Source: Candidatus Omnitrophota bacterium (GTDB lineage Bacteria > Omnitrophota > Gorgyraeia > Gorgyraeales > Gorgyraeaceae). From it: DNA of 64,000 nucleotides. The notes below the pieces were generated by a model that saw only the letters and a list, made by a program, of their open reading frames with translations, was not told the DNA's origin and did no database searches. The DNA is taken from assembly GCA_043821705.1 (NCBI GenBank), contig JBDRCN010000045.1, forward strand, positions 22,400-86,399. The letters are read 5' to 3'. Numbering within the stretch: position 1 is the stretch's first letter; every line of letters starts with the position of its first letter. Shown here one piece after another: positions 27,001 to 30,000 of the stretch. Position numbers and translations under genes: made by a program.

Positions 27001-30000
27001 AGTTAAACGAGCTTCTTTAGTCTGAAACTTTTCTTCTACTTCTATAATAAAAGCTGTTTGACGATCTATTGTGCCCTTATTATCTTCTACAATATTTATT
27101 TTTATATTACCCTTTTCTGCTATTGAAATGATCTTATTTTTAAAGTCTTCTACTCCTGAAGGAAAGTCGTATACTACCAGTATTCTGCCGCCTGGCTTAA
27201 CTACTCTAAGCATTTCTCTTATACAGGCATCTATCTTATCCTGGCCACCCTGTTCTTTAAGCCAAGTAAACAACTCTGTTACGCTTAATTTATCTACGCT
27301 GCTAGTCTCTATCTGAGACATATTAGATGCATCACCATGTATAATTTCAGCCTTATCAGAAATAGGATGCATATCGTTAGGCACAAGGCCCCAGGTAAAG
27401 AGCTCTCTTAAAGCTAACGAACCAGAAGCCAAAGACCCTTTCTCATTCAGAAGATTAAAAATTATATCGCTACCTTGAATTTCTTCCAATTGTAAGAAAT
27501 TTTTCCAATTGCTTAAAAAATATTTAGCAAGCATCACATTAGATTCTGAAATATCAAGATAAATTGCTTTTTCAACATTAAACATATTAGCTGCTAATAA
27601 AGTATATAGCCCTGAACCTCCTGCTAGATCAAGATAGACTTCTCCTTCATCGAGTTCCAGCATACTAAATACACTAGCTGCGCTATGAGTACGTGTATCC
27701 CTAACTTGATTTAATGGATTTTCTGTATATAGTTCAAATCTTTTTATCATCAGATCATTGAACCAGCTAAATTTATCAAATACGTCTTGCTTAATATCTA
27801 AAATATTAACTGGGGTAATGTTAGAATAATTTTTAGACTTCATAGTTTTGCCTATTTCAATCCACATGGATTTTTCTACTACTGCAGGGACAACCTCTCC
27901 ATCAACTATTCTATTTTTCATCTTATTTTGTATATAATCATCCGTTAAATCTGGATCGCCTACAGAGATCCTTATAAAATCCTCAAAAGAAATCTCAGGA
28001 TAGAGAGATCTTATTATCAGCATTGGTGTTAAGAATGCTTCTCTTTCTTGTAGATCCCTGACATATCCATCTGCACCAATAACAGATGTAGGCTTTTCAC
28101 CTCTATTACTTTGTTCAACATGGGTCAATTCATGAAATGCTACATTGATATTGTAATCTCCTTCCACAAGAACTGACAGAGGGAGATTAAAATTGCCTTC
28201 TATATTAAGAATAGTTTTTACAGCTTCCCATGTATTAGAAGATTGTTCTGATACAGCAAATGCTCTATGGGTAGGTTCTATAGTCCCTTTTGGAAGCTCT
28301 TTTATCAGTTCTTCTTTTTCTTCTTGAGTAATAATTACGATCTGGGTATTTTGTGTATTATCCATAAAAACAGCGTTCAATAAAGCTTGAGCTTCTGCTG
28401 TTTTTTCTGCTGGGATAATCTCCCCCATAATACCTGGCAAAGAACTTACTCTTCTGGAAGGTTTTGGCGTAAGGGTTTCTTCAACAGCTACTATGCCTGT
28501 ATCAAATTCTTTCTTAGACGAAGAGCTTATTTCCCCGCTTGCGCCATCAATCTTTGCATACTTGGTCTCATTCTTCTCTTTATATTTAAATATAATATCT
28601 CCATTGCTGGAGATGGCTATATCCTTATTGCCTTTCATCTTTTCTGGGCTTGTCTTGACCAACTCAATCATAGTCTTTCTTATACGATTAAACCCATCCG
28701 ATATCTTAAAATCTTTCTCATCTTTTCCATAAAGCTTTGCTAACTGAGGTGCGACCTGCTTATTATACAGAGCTATCATCTCCTTATCAGCTGTTGTAAG
28801 GATGTTCCTTAGCTTATCAGTCATGCTAGATATAAGCTCATCTATAGGCTTACGCTTACCTGAAAGAAGGAATTTATAGTTTTCTTCATCTGTTTCTTGG
28901 GATGAATAAGGAGAGATCACAACATATGAATATCCACTTTCTTTAAGGAGTTTTGTAAGGCCTCTTGTATGAAAACCTCCTGAAACAAGTGCAGCTACTT
29001 TTGCCCTTCTTTTATTTATCTCGCTTGTGGCATTATCATACATCGTATTATCACGCTGATAAGCAAGATCATAGAACTTCTCAAGCGGAGAGAATTTATC
29101 GTCTATAATTGAAGCGTCATAATTTATCGGATAAGTTATGGAGTATTTTTTAAGGCCTTTTTCTATGAATCTCTTAAAAAATGCCATTCTAAACCCATCT
29201 TTATCTGCAAAATATCTATCAAGCTCTTCATTGGATATCTTCAGATTAAAGAAGCCCTCTAAAAATGTGATATTTCGTATGGCCTTTGTAAGGATCAATT
29301 GATCATTATGTGTCGAGATACTGTTCTTAAGATCAAATGAGAGTTCTTCTATTTCACGGAAAAGTTTTAGTGAATCGAGGGAATTGACTTTTGTCAGATA
29401 ATCAACGAAGTGTAAGAGGTTTGGATATTTACTTAACTCTTCCTCTTTTAAGTGTCTCCTGGATAATTCATCTAGATAGCTATAGAAAGAAAATGGGGAG
29501 ATCTTCTTATCTTTAAAGAGAGAAAGCTGAGCAACTAGCTTTTCTATACTAGAATCATCTCTTTTAGACATTAAAGCCCTCTGCAGGCCTTCCAGTATCC
29601 CCTGGGACTCCCCCATCACCTTTTCCCGATCTACTTCTTTTTCTAAAGCCATGCTTTTTCGTAAAAGCGCTATATTTTGGAACTTCTCTTCGTCCAGTGT
29701 TTCATTAAAGTTCCATAGATAATCTAGATATTCATTTGTCTCTATGGAACTATTCTGATAAGAAACTTCTTTTGAATCTAGCTCTAATAACTGTGCAGAA
29801 TATATATGGGTCTTTAATCTATCCAATGCATTTTTAATATTTGAGATCAATGCTAGAGATGGTAGGTTGAACTTCATGACCCTGTTAAATTCGATTATAT
29901 TTTCAAAATATATCTCTTTAGTCTCCACACCCCATATTGCCAGGTCAGGATACTTAGTAATAGAGAGATATTCTTCTCCTGTCAGCTCGCCTGAATCAAT

